A stretch of 64,000 nucleotides of DNA from Octopus bimaculoides (taxonomy: Eukaryota): positions 9,792,820 through 9,856,819 of the forward strand of contig NC_068982.1 in assembly GCF_001194135.2 (NCBI RefSeq), read 5' to 3'. Made by a program: the position numbers and the translations under genes. The notes under the pieces are model-generated. The model saw only the letters and a program-made list of their open reading frames with translations. It ran no database searches and was not told where the DNA came from. Below, piece by piece: positions 39,370 through 52,270 of the stretch. Position 1 is the first letter of the stretch. The number at the start of each line of letters is the position of its first letter.

Positions 39370-40040
39370 ACATACAAATATACATATACACTACAACTAG
39401 TTTCTACAACATTCTGATTTTTACTGTTCTGTATACAAATGCATGTGTCACTGCATATTAGTTGCTAAACTCATTAAATGTTGACTATTACAATCATAAG
39501 AAGAGTGTTGTAGTTCAGTTGAAGCACCGTAGTACAGAAGTAGAATAATAAATGAAATTAGAAATGTGGCAAGCTTCTAAGAATGCAAAAAGTTTTTAAA
39601 AAAACTTTTATATCTTGGGCATCTGAAAAAATGGCCTGGTCTTTGTAGACACACATTTCTTTGACCCTATCCTTCTCAAGATAAGCCTTTGCACCCAAAA
39701 TATAAAGGTGTTTTTTAAACCTTCTGCATTGTTAGAAGCATCCCTCACTTCCCGTTTCATTTGTTATAATTATATAGATATATAGATATATAGATATATA
39801 TACACATATATATATATATACAGAAATTTATCAATCATATTAGATGAAATTATAAGCAAAATGTTTAGTGAGCAATTAAAAATCTGGGGTGCCTTTAACA
39901 TTGTAAGCTTAACTTTTTCTTCAAAAGTTTTGGAGTAAGAAAGATATGTAGAAGATGTTAGCTAGAGCATGGGTAACGAAGATTAACATAGATGTGTATG
40001 TTTTTTTCTGGATCAAGTCATGCTGAAAATATGTGTGCTG

Positions 40041-40083
<43 letters not shown>

Positions 40084-40129
40084 TGTGTGTGTGTGTGTGT
40101 GCGTGTGTCTAGAAGCAATCTTACTGGAA

Positions 40130-40315
40130 AGAACCTGTAGGAGAGCAAGGCCAAAGAAAAGTATAGGATAACATGGGAAAAGCTGATCCTTGAGAAACAC
40201 GTGTCAAAGGAGCAGAAGAAGTAACAAAACACTGGACTTGAGGAAATCTGTTTAACCCATTCAATTGTATGTGAAGTGGATATATTATGTCAATGAAGAT
40301 GAAGACAATGATCAT
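40130..40315 (+). mobile_element. Degenerate RTE LINE 3' remnant
   Basis: CTGGAAAGAACCTGTAGGAGAGCAAGGCCAAAGAAA reads LERTCRRARPKK, similar to the VEGTCGRGRPKK motif at 19.1 kb; decayed tail follows. Confidence 0.45.
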
Positions 40316-43300
40316 ACGCACACATACACCCAGAAATCTCACTTACATACTATTATTGCACACCTTTAACTTAAGCCCATGTAGTAAAATGATAATATAC
40401 TAATGCTTATCAATTAAACCATTTATTAGTCAGAAGAACTTCCAATAAAGAAGGAATATGCAACATTTTCACCAATAATTGAAATAAAAATTGCATGTTA
40501 AATTTAAGCATCACACATGCATTTTAGAAAAATAGCTGTACATATGAAATATATCTACAAAATTTTCTGAAGCCAAAAACCTAATTTCTTTGCTTCATAA
40601 CTGCTGTCTTATAAAATAATTTGCTTTTAAGCTTCCTTTTTTTTTTTTTTTTTTGACATTTTTCCAGTTTTATACATATATCATACTTCCATTTATAATA
40701 GATTAAGACAACCGGTAAATTAAACAAGAATTTATTAAAGATTTCAGAAAGAATTTCTTTTTTTTTCAAAATCTTTTATAAATTATGAACTGAGTTGAAA
40801 AGCCATCAATATGTCTTTTTTCACTGTTTTCTTTCTTTAAAATTATGTTTTGATAAATATAAAATACAATTAGAAGTATATTGTTACTTAGATAATTTTT
40901 TAGTAAATAAGGTTATATTATAGACTATATTATTAATTACTATTCTATTTTTTCCCTTTGCTTACTAATATATAACAGGGAACTCACAACCAGAACTAAC
41001 AGTCTTTCAATGAGTGTTTTAACAAACATAATTTACAGGACTCGGTCATTTTATTGGAATGGAAATAAGTTATGACATAAAATGTTTAAAATAAATCATG
41101 AATATTTTGAAATCTCTCTCATTTTAATTGTTTTGGAGATCTATTTAAACACTGAGTGCCAGAGGGTCAGCTTGAGAAGATTAACCACAAATTTTTATTT
41201 CCTGCCAATGAGGAAATGAAAATTCAGAACTAAAAATTTTTTATATTCATAGTAATGGTATAACCAACAATCAAAATACATTGTGTAGAATGATGATTGA
41301 ATTACAGTATATGAATTAAGACAGTCGTTTATTTCTTGATATGATTGAGGAATGAACTATGTCTTATGACAAGCATTCAAGAAATTTATGTCATCTATAT
41401 TTCCTGATTTTACTCACATTTTGATTTATAAATATTGTTCTCTTGAAGGAATGAAAAGAAAGAATTATTTAAAACATAAAATAACTTGCTAAATCAGAAA
41501 TTGTTTTTTTTTTTTTTTTGAAAGGTAAAATTCGCCTATGGTATATTTATGATCAACATTTTTATATTAAATGAAATGACATTTACACAAATATCAAATA
41601 TGCAGGATTTTATTGAAGTTAGCAAGCACATCTACATGCATGTGGGTAGGTTTCCACTTGATATTCTGTTCACAACCATATTCAATAGATGAGAACACCA
41701 GATACTTAACAGTTATAAAATTGTTCAAGGAATATAAAACTGCAAGAATAAACTATAAAATAGCACTCAAGAAATTAAGGAGACCTCAACCTCCAGTAAA
41801 TTCCCAAAGATATCATGTGGTATAAAAATGAAATATAAGATTATGCTTCATTTTGATTGAATGATTCAGTCATATTTATATAAGCTATTTTGTTATTGCA
41901 ACTATAGAAGCTAAGCAGAAGAAAACATTCCATATCCTTTATATAACAAAGGGATTATCTTAGAAGCATTATGGTCAACAAGCATAATGTATTAAATTAA
42001 TCAATGTCTTCCAGAAGACATCCAAATAGTTTTACATTGCTATTGAAAGAATAAAATATAATTTACTTCATAAACATTAACAAATATTGTCAATCTACAA
42101 AAATCCATTCCATAACCTAATAAATATTATAATGCCTTTAATATCAGTAATATTTTATATTTTGAGTCAAATTTGATTATTCTACATTAAAAAATTTTGG
42201 CGTATTCCAACTAGTTGCCAGCTTGCATTTGAGTCACATTGCATTGCACTGCACTATGTTATAAAATTATAACATATTTCATTATATCATACTGCATTAA
42301 ATATTTTTAAAAAATGCTATATGAGATGGAAAATAAAAATAAACTTATGTTTTGTATTTCCCAAGGGTTCCATATATTTCATCTGACAAGGCTTATATTA
42401 AGTTTTTACTGAGTAAATCATTAAAAAGCAACCATGAAATTATATTTCCATCGTTGCTGAAGTCTCTAATTCATTCCATTCATTAACAACCTCTTTTTTT
42501 CCCAATTTACAGAAAGGTTTGAAGCACAAAGAAGACATATTCTTTCAAAACAGGTTTAACATTTACTAAATCTGCTTCATATTTCTCTATAAACCACAAT
42601 GCCCAATATCTGAATGTAACACCACACATTTGGTTTTGGAAAAGGACTTAAAGAATAGAAAAGTTATACAATAAAGGTATGTCCAGAAAATAATGATTTT
42701 TTAATAGATCACAATTATGTACATTGCAAAAGCTTATATAAGTTATAATTAGTTCTAAAACAATTACTTCCTTTTACATTGAGACAATTTTATATGAATA
42801 TATTTTCAGAAGGGAATAGCTGTATAAAATGGACAGGAGAATGTGAATTTGACAATATCATAAACTTCCATAAAAATAAGGTCAATGTTAATATTTAATT
42901 TTAGTGCAAGATGCAACAAGTGTTAATTTGTAGACAGTTCTTCCATTACTATCTGAATTCAAAAGCAAACAAATCAGTGTTCAATCTTTAGAATGTCTTT
43001 CATAATAATAAGCCAGGAGCTACTAAGAAGGATGTTCTTATTCATGTTATCTCCTATTATTTGCTCTTAAAGAACAAGAATGGAAAAGACTAGCTGAAGA
43101 TGAGTTTCATTAACTGTTGCTGGCAGAATCCATATTAATTTTAGAACGACTTAACTCATATCTTATGTTACTCCATGTTGATATTAGACTCTAAATGATA
43201 ACACTGCATCATGAGAATTTTAGATATGCAAATCATAATTCAATGATCATAATTATATTAAAGTAAAATTAATTCGCAGGAAACATTTTTATTATTTTAT

Positions 43301-43661
43301 AATTTTGTTTTAAAAGAACAGACATTTTTCATGAATATATTTCATTAAATGGCTTTTAAATATTAAATTAATCTAGAATATTATAAACAAAAATTAAATG
43401 TAGGTGAGACAAACGAAATTTTAAACCACCTGTAGAGATTTTGTTATAGTCATATAGTTACCTTTTCAAGCAAAATTACTGTAACGTAAATATCAATATA
43501 CAGTAAATAATATTTTGATAAAATAGATTTATTAAACATTGTACTCTGTAGAGTTTTCTTTTAAAGAAAATTTTAATTTTTCTAGTTACATTGCAATCAG
43601 ATTATTAAAATTAATCATTATTTATGATTAATTAGTTATTGATTATGATACTTATTAAGTG

Positions 43662-43990
43662 TGACGGCGTGTGGCTTAGAAATTAGGGTACTTAGCTCAT
43701 GATTGTATGGTCGTGAGTTCAATTCCCAGTGACATGTTGTGTCCGGGAGCAAGACACTTTATTTCACATTGCTCCAGTCCACTCAGCCAGTAAAAATGAG
43801 TTGTACCTGTAATTCAAAGGGTCAGACTTGTCACATTCTGTGTGATGCTTAATCTCTCTGAGAACTACATTAAGGGTGTGTGTTTCTGTGGAGCGCTCAA
43901 CCACTTGCACGCCAATTTTACAAGCAGGCTATTCTGTTGATCAGATCAATTGGAATTCACATGGTCATAACCAATGAGATGTCATTAATA
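43662..43990 (+). mobile_element. tRNA-derived SINE S3 with conserved core-like domain
   Basis: A/B-box head (TGGCTTAG...GAGTTCAATTCC), then GAGCAAGACACTTTATTTCACATTGCTCCAGTCCACTCAGC resembling Nin/Meta-type SINE central domains; (AAT)n tail. Confidence 0.7.
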
Positions 43991-44085
43991 CAAATAATAA
44001 TAGTAATAATGATAATAATAATAATTTCGTTTTTGTATTTGGTTTGCAAGATTCTTTATGCCAATTCGTGTGTTGAAGCATATTT

Positions 44086-44376
44086 TATTGTGTCTGGGGA
44101 GAGTCATTCTCTTTTAGTGTCTTATTATTTAACCCACTCACTGGTTCGATTTTCACTCATTTATTTATTTTTTCGAAAATTTTCGTTGTGCCTTGCAACC
44201 TTTTCAATAATTATTGGCTCAACAACCATTGAACAGTCAACAACTATTGAAAAAGTTGCAAGGCACAACAAAAATTTTAGAAAAACTAAATAACTAAATG
44301 AGTGGAAATTGAACTGGTGAGTGTGTTAAATAATAAGGCATTAAAAGAGAATGACCCACCCCACCCAAACACAATG
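44086..44376. mobile_element. Fold-back element (family F4) with ~120-bp inverted arms
   Basis: GTCATTCTCTTTTAGTGTCTTATTATTTAAC...TTGTGCCTTGCAACCTTTTCAATA is matched by its reverse complement at 44245-44355; spacer about 35 bp. Confidence 0.85.
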
Positions 44377-46329
44377 ATAATAATACTTATCAAGTATTAT
44401 TTTATAAATGTATTATTTCTTAGAATTGCTAGAAAAATACCACTCAAGTTATATAATTATTAATAACCAATTGAAAGAATAACACCTAAAACAAATGGGG
44501 AAAAGAACTATAAAGGGAATATTTAATTTCATGATTCTTTTAGTTTCAAAATATTCAAATATTTAGCTATAAATTTATGGGTTTCATTTTTGCAATTCTG
44601 ATTGCCTTTCATTCAGTAGATCAAAAATACCAAGCAAACATTATCATGAATTAGAGAATGTCTACTTAATATAATTTAGTTCTAATAAGAATATAACTTG
44701 GACCAATGGTACCAAGCATCCGGAGCCGTGATGTGTTAACCAAAGTTAAATCTTAAATCTTCAAGGTGAAACAGCAAGCTGTATAGCACCATCTAGAAGA
44801 ATTGAATTTAAAACGGTACAATGAAAGAGAAGACATTAAGTCTTTGATGCAAAATAATTTGCTTGGCATTAGACACTTGCACAATACAGTTCAGCGACAT
44901 CAAAGCATAAAAGTAAATATTAGTTATTTTACATGGCATTCAAAGATATAATTAGATTAAAACCTCATTTAGATGATAGTATTGCTATCCGGTTGTAATA
45001 AACGTTTTACAAATACTTAATTGAGTCTGGTAGTTAATGGAGGATTTGTATTTAGCCAAACAGTTCACAGATCCATAAAAGAAATGTTTATCACCAGTAA
45101 ATGAGTTAATTTTATTGTTATTTTAAAATGTTTCAATAGAATTCCATGTCACAGAAAGCAAAGCATATTATTTTACAAGGTTATTTAATTAGTAAAGCAT
45201 TAATTCAATATCTACCAGTCATTGTATTATTGTAATTTTAAACCCTTTGTTGTCTTAGAAAAACGAAATTTAAATCATTTCTGTTCAGTTTTGAATTTTT
45301 TGTTTTAATTTTATAGAATGACAAGAAATCTTACTTTGAGGCTGGCATTTAGTTTTATAAATGATAAAACAACCCCTGACCTGAATAAATAAAAGCATTG
45401 TACATTTTTTGATATAGCACAGTTGATTACACAAGCAGTAATTTCTCTTTCTATCCCGCATTCACATAAAGACACAATACCTCCTTACAAATTAAAAATT
45501 CAGAAATCAATATACATTTTCAATAAACCTCTGAAAACAATGCTATCCTATGAATATGATTAAACTAAGACATTGTATACGTTTTAAAATTGTCTTCAGT
45601 CTGTTATAATTGGAAATTAAAAAATGCTCAAGAATTTAAACAATAAATCACCATGAAGTTCAATCCAGTACAAGGCATGTTTTAAACATAAACAACTACT
45701 TACTGTTCTACTATTCTCTCCTCAAAATCAAGTTAATTTATTTAAGGTGATAAGGAAAATGAGAATGTTATATTAATGTTTAAGTAAGCATAAGTTGAAA
45801 TTAATATTACAGATTTAATCAATAACTAAATTTAGGTTTTTAGCTTTCAGGAGAAAATTTATTATGAATAAAATTTAGTGTAATTATATTTTTATGGATT
45901 CATGTTTTGTTAGAGATATATCTAGTTTTAAATCAGATAAGATAGAAAACATGAATATATTCATTAATGGTTTATTATAACTTAAAGTACTTTTATTCTA
46001 TGCTCATAAATATTCCACATTATTAATTTAAATTTCCAGATAGGCCATAAGGGAATACAACATGTTAGTATCAAATTGTTTAGCTTATTTTTAAATAATC
46101 AGTTAAGCAAGCATCATTTAATTTTCCTCTAGGGAATTAAATGAAATAATTATTTTAGCACCACCACAAATGGAGTATCTAGTATTTGTTGTGCCATGAG
46201 AATATTTAGCTGTCTTTAAAAAAATGTATCACAAGCGTCTTATTTGGATTCTCAGAAGAAACGTTTACATGAAAGCTTTGTAGGAAAGTGAAAAAGGATT
46301 ATGTTGCTAACATATATTTGTGTATTTAC

Positions 46330-47180
46330 TCATTCCAGATACAAGTAATACACAACGTCCTACAGGGTTCTGTGTTAAGCTAATATTATTTCTTTGCATT
46401 CATTAATGAGTTGGAGTCGTTAATTGAAAGTGTTTCAAAGCTGATAACTTTCAAATATAATTCTGACTGGAGGTGACAATGTCAGAGCTGAAGTACTCCA
46501 ATAACACTGGAATAAAATGAGTAAATTTTTCATGAATGACAATTAACTTAGAATGTTAGAAAATGTAAATGCATTTAGGCAAAATCAAGCCAAACTATTC
46601 CTATTAAATGCAAGATAATAATATCCTTGAAACTGTTACAGATGAGAAAGATCTTAACATGATTAGTGATAAAGACTTGAAGTTCCACAATGACCACAGT
46701 GAAGCTGCAGTGAAGAAAGCTAACATTATTTTTAGAAAAACAAAACACAAAAAAATATTTTCAGTAACCAGCAAAAGCACCATTATGAATGGCAAAGGCA
46801 TTTGGAAACCATGCATACTAAAGTGTTATATACTCGTGGGAAATGTGCCGAGGGAAATTATCATATGAATTGAACTTTTAAAGGACCTGTTGTTTGGGGA
46901 AATAATTAAGACAACTAAGATGCATTCAATGTCTCACAAATGCCTTTAAAATGGAAAGTCAAGAATGAAGGGAGTTGATGTCCAGCAACTCAGTTGAGTC
47001 ATTAGTTACAATGTATCCACAGAAGCAGTTTAAAATTTGATGTAGAAAACTAATAATGCAGTAGACCGTGTTTAGGGTCCATGTAAACTGATATCAATTA
47101 CCAAAGGGGGCTGTCAGTGAAAGACAACCAGAAAACTAACAGAGAAATTTTATAAGTATTGGAAACATATATAATCAGAA
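46330..47180 (+). mobile_element. CR1/L2-type LINE reverse-transcriptase remnant
   Basis: VLQGSVLS*YYFFAFINEL (RT motif PQGSVLGPLLFLIFINDL) at about 46355-46415; ORF 46608-46868 LETVTDEKDLNMISDKDLKFHNDHSEAAVKKAN matches the CR1 post-RT EKDLGV..D..L.F..H....V.KAN motif. Confidence 0.8.
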
Positions 47181-47221
47181 AAGGTATAGTTCAAATAAGT
47201 CAAAATTTACTGACATAAATA

Positions 47222-47320
47222 TCCCCGCGGGCATAGGGCGTAGTGTTTAGGCACTACAAACCATGATTCCGAGTTCAATTCCAGGCAGTGACCTGAATAA
47301 TAATATTAATAATAATAAAT
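47222..47320 (+). mobile_element. F1 tRNA-like head fragment with (AAT)n
   Basis: CCCGCGGGCAT centre, degenerate A box, GAGTTCAATTCCAGGCAGTGACCTGAATAAT; no HHR part. Confidence 0.7.
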
Positions 47321-47756
47321 AGATATAGTTTACAATTACCACTCAGAGCAGAGATTCTGTGTAATTGGCAAGAATTACATTTGCTTGTGAAGCTGAGAGT
47401 GAATGTCAACCTACGAAAGGGAACAAACCAACTAATCTGGATAAAATTTTTATGATTCAGTCCATCAAAGTAACTTTTAAAAAATATATGAAGAGAAAGA
47501 CTAGTGTATTTTACACTGTTATTTGATATATTCAAAGAATTAACTGCATTTGTCGTTTGAAACGGTAACAGAATATTATACTGCATGAATATAAGCAACA
47601 CTAAGAGTAACAAGAAACAAATTAATAGCGTAATAAAATTCTAATAAACTTTACAGATTTTAAGAAGAGTTCCAAATAATTAATTTCTTATTAATTAATG
47701 AATTTCACACTACTCATCCCACAGTAACACACACATCATCATATATCTATCTATCT

Positions 47757-47795
<39 letters not shown>

Positions 47796-47809
47796 CTCAT
47801 AGGTATGTG

Positions 47810-48250
47810 TGTGTACATCCGTTTTACATCTTTGACTCACTTCCCATCTACCTAGGGTTCACCTTCCTTTTAGCTCACCTTCTTATCATAGCCTTCCACC
47901 TCTCATCACCTATGCTAATTGCACCATCTTCATCCTTCTGCCCCACTTGCACTTCAGGTGACTTATATACAAGAGACAGCATTAGAGCATCATCATCTCC
48001 TGAATGACCAATACACTCTAATTTCTCCATGCTGTGTTGCCAGCCAGTGCTCTTTCTTCTCTGAACTACATCCGTTAGCATCTCTCACTTACTTGGGTTT
48101 TATCTCATCACCAGTCTCTATATATCCCTGTCTTCTTCCTATCATATTCTTGCTCCGTCTGCCATCCCACCTATTCTGATACCTTTGATGGCATTGTTTT
48201 TGTATCCAATCACCCACTTTTGCCACCTGTGCAATTATACACACATAAAT
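47810..48250 (-). mobile_element. Degenerate LINE (RTE-like) endonuclease-RT linker fragment
   Basis: GC-richer, purine-rich minus strand with broken frames resembling VRDANGC..EKKE.W and a decayed GKAPGxDG region. Confidence 0.45.
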
Positions 48251-48600
48251 TAGATATTTTCTACAGTTTATTCACTTCCATATTCTCAAAACCTCATTTC
48301 TGGCCTTTTTATCACCGATGTTTCCACAGCAAATTTACTGTACACAAGCACCCCTAGTGTCACATATGCACCTACTAATTACTCTATTAAGTTGAACACT
48401 TCATGAGTAGAGACAATGTAAAATGATGAGATCTCTCCAGTCCTCTCTCAGCAAAGACAATTCAATCTCTCAAGTGTTGTGCCATGAGAAAATGTGCCAT
48501 GTACACTCTACTAAGTGGTTGTCATTGGGAAAGGCATCCAGCCATAAAAAACCAAATTAAGTAATTCCCTCACTCTCTCTCTCTCTCTCANNNNNNNNNN

Positions 48601-48641
<41 letters not shown>

Positions 48642-48949
48642 AAACAGAAAATGGAAAAATATTGATGAACAACAATTGACTTACACCAATTATTATTTAT
48701 TGATTCAATACAAATAAACTGCATAATATACTTGCATATGTATGCCCATGGTTAAACATAGGTAATATACCAGTAGTATAAGGGATACTTCTATCCCTTA
48801 GATAGTTATTTTAACTTCTAACTCAGCTAACCTTATATATATATATATATATATAAAATTGGTAGCTTCTATTGCCTAGGTGACCTAATTAGCTATGGGC
48901 CAGGGTCAGGTGCTGTAAAAACAAAAGAACCAGAGTAGAGAATGTGATG

Positions 48950-49445
48950 TGCACCAATCAGGGAGATACCCCTGCTGGCAACGAGCTTTTTCTCTTTCAG
49001 TAACGAACAGATGACATGATGTCTGCATATGATATAGAATGTGCATGGTTGTAAAACATAAGCCCTGAATGTGAACAATGTCTGTGGCTGAAATATAACA
49101 TGAGCATACTCGGCAGGCTGTGTAATTTAATATGCATGAACAAGTGTGCACAATTGAGCTGCGAGAAAATCTGAGTAAAAGTGGAATCAGATGTGGCATG
49201 AACTGTGCTGGTATGGACAAGCGATGCATATGAAACATGAGAGTTGATTAGAATTATGGTAAGTCATTCAAGAGGAATGTAATTCTGGAAGAGAAATATC
49301 AAGGAAGACATAAGAATAAGGGGTGAAAGTTGATTTCAAGGGGACGAAGCTCACAGCAACAAATGTAGAAAAGCCCATTTTTGAGAAGACTCATTCAGCC
49401 TATGCTAGCATGGCAAATTAGGTGTAAACTGATGGTGATGATTAC
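48950..49445 (+). mobile_element. RTE-clade LINE 3' remnant
   Basis: Broken frames reading HEQVCTIELRENL..GIRCG, then a W(Y)GH-like segment, a GRxRKT-like segment and the same tail family (CCTATGCTAGCATGG...GATGGTGATG). Confidence 0.7.
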
Positions 49446-49518
49446 ACACACACACACAAACACACATGCATATATGTTCATGTGAAGCTGCATTTCTGAG
49501 TATTAACACATACTAATA

Positions 49519-49869
49519 CAGTAGTTCTCAATTAGGGTCTATATGGCCCTTGAGGGTTCAGATAAGATTTTGTGAGGGCCACACAACAAATTAGTAAATT
49601 GGGGATCCACCATTGTATTTTAAGGGCCCCTGAAAAATTTTTTCTTTAGATGTATATATATATTGGTGTATATAGTAACAAACAGCAAGTTTTCTTTCTC
49701 TAACGTTTTACCTGGTTCAACCTACAGAAATTAATGTGTGCAAAACAAAATAGGAATTTTGAAAGAGGTTTCTATAAACTAGTTTTGAAACATTGAATGT
49801 CTATGGGGTCTACCAGAATAAAATAGAAATCAGGCAGGGTCCATAGATAAAAAATGGCTGAGACCCCTG
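49519..49869. mobile_element. hAT (Charlie-like) MITE
   Basis: Ends CAGTAGTTCTCAA / CTGAGACCCCTG resemble CAGTGGTTCTCAA TIRs; 8-bp flanks TACTAATA/TGCTAAAA (6/8 match). Confidence 0.6.
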
Positions 49870-50269
49870 TGCTAAAACATTGCAATTAGTTTTGATATAA
49901 ACTGCATTTGAGATGATAAAATAAAGAATCTTATTTTAAGAGATTGAGTAGCAGAAAGGTATGAAAACCACAGATGTTTATTCAATCGAAGCTGTAACTC
50001 ATGCCTTATAATATAAAGCAGTAGACTTAAAATCTGTTTTCTACTTGTGGCTTTACTGTCATTCTTTCATCTTTTTTTTTTTTATCCTTTTCCAAATAAT
50101 ACATTTCAGTTATTTGGTAAAGAATTCCAATGTGGATAATCCAGAATTTACAGATTTCAATAAAAACAAGAGGTATCAAATATATGTCACCAAACACAAA
50201 CACAATTTCCTGCATTTTATCATTACATAATGCTCAAACAACTAAACACGTAATTACAAATGTGGGAGT

Positions 50270-50329
50270 CTATGTATATATATATGTATATACACACACA
50301 CATATAAATATATATATATATATGTATAT

Positions 50330-50391
<62 letters not shown>

Positions 50392-50506
50392 ATGCTTACC
50401 ATCATTATCATTGGTTTATATGCCTGATTTTCCCATCCTGCCATAAGCTGACTAAGAATTTTTAAAGCAATATTCTGTACCTGTGTTTATGTACAAAGAT
50501 ATTCAT

Positions 50507-50569
<63 letters not shown>

Positions 50570-50600
50570 ATCAATCTATTGATATATATAAATATTCACA
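50270..50600. repeat. Compound (TA)n/(CA)n microsatellites
   Basis: Direct reading. Confidence 0.95.
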
Positions 50601-51078
50601 TAAGTGTACAAATACATGTGTGTCTAATCACATACCAAGAAAGAGATATTTTTAATAATATTTTTACCTTAGGTTTATTTCACTAATGGAATGAAATTCA
50701 AAGCTCGGTTAATATGAAATAATTTTCTGATTACAATCATCAAATACAAATTTTAAACAAATGCTTAATTGGACGCAATGGTAAGTTCCAGATAAGAGGC
50801 AGAAAATTTAATTTAATATACATCATTTTATAGTAATATATAGCGTACTTTCAGATTAAAATTTCTGAAAAATGCAGTGTTTCATCACTTGAAATATTGA
50901 TAAATGATTATCTACATATCTACCTATTGATCTATCTATCAATCAATCAATCAACTTATATATATATAGCAATCATTATGTCCAACTTGATGTGACTCTT
51001 CTGTTAGAAAACCAAATACTCCATTATTCACCTTGAGAGGATTCCCATATGGATGTATGGTTCATAAAAGTGTGTATA

Positions 51079-51133
<55 letters not shown>

Positions 51134-52233
51134 NNNNNNNNNNNNNNNNNNNNNNNNNNNNNNNNNNNNNNNNNNNNNNNNNNNNNNNNNNNNNNNNNNN
51201 NNNNNNNNNNNNNNNNNNNNNNNNNNNNNNNNNNNNNNNNNNNNNNNNNNNNNNNNNNNNNNNNNNNNNNNNNNNNNNNNNNNNNNNNNNNNNNNNNNNN
51301 NNNNNNNNNNNNNNNNNNNNNNNNNNNNNNNNNNNNNNNNNNNNNNNNNNNNNNNNNNNNNNNNNNNNNNNNNNNNNNNNNNNNNNNNNNNNNNNNNNNN
51401 NNNNNNNNNNNNNNNNNNNNNNNNNNNNNNNNNNNNNNNNNNNNNNNNNNNNNNNNNNNNNNNNNNNNNNNNNNNNNNNNNNNNNNNNNNNNNNNNNNNN
51501 NNNNNNNNNNNNNNNNNNNNNNNNNNNNNNNNNNNNNNNNNNNNNNNNNNNNNNNNNNNNNNNNNNNNNNNNNNNNNNNNNNNNNNNNNNNNNNNNNNNN
51601 NNNNNNNNNNNNNNNNNNNNNNNNNNNNNNNNNNNNNNNNNNNNNNNNNNNNNNNNNNNNNNNNNNNNNNNNNNNNNNNNNNNNNNNNNNNNNNNNNNNN
51701 NNNNNNNNNNNNNNNNNNNNNNNNNNNNNNNNNNNNNNNNNNNNNNNNNNNNNNNNNNNNNNNNNNNNNNNNNNNNNNNNNNNNNNNNNNNNNNNNNNNN
51801 NNNNNNNNNNNNNNNNNNNNNNNNNNNNNNNNNNNNNNNNNNNNNNNNNNNNNNNNNNNNNNNNNNNNNNNNNNNNNNNNNNNNNNNNNNNNNNNNNNNN
51901 NNNNNNNNNNNNNNNNNNNNNNNNNNNNNNNNNNNNNNNNNNNNNNNNNNNNNNNNNNNNNNNNNNNNNNNNNNNNNNNNNNNNNNNNNNNNNNNNNNNN
52001 NNNNNNNNNNNNNNNNNNNNNNNNNNNNNNNNNNNNNNNNNNNNNNNNNNNNNNNNNNNNNNNNNNNNNNNNNNNNNNNNNNNNNNNNNNNNNNNNNNNN
52101 NNNNNNNNNNNNNNNNNNNNNNNNNNNNNNNNNATATATACATACACACACACACAAATATAATGCATGTTGATATGTAAACATGTGTAACATATTTGTA
52201 TGCATATGTGCTTGTATGTAAGTACATACATAC

Positions 52234-52270
<37 letters not shown>

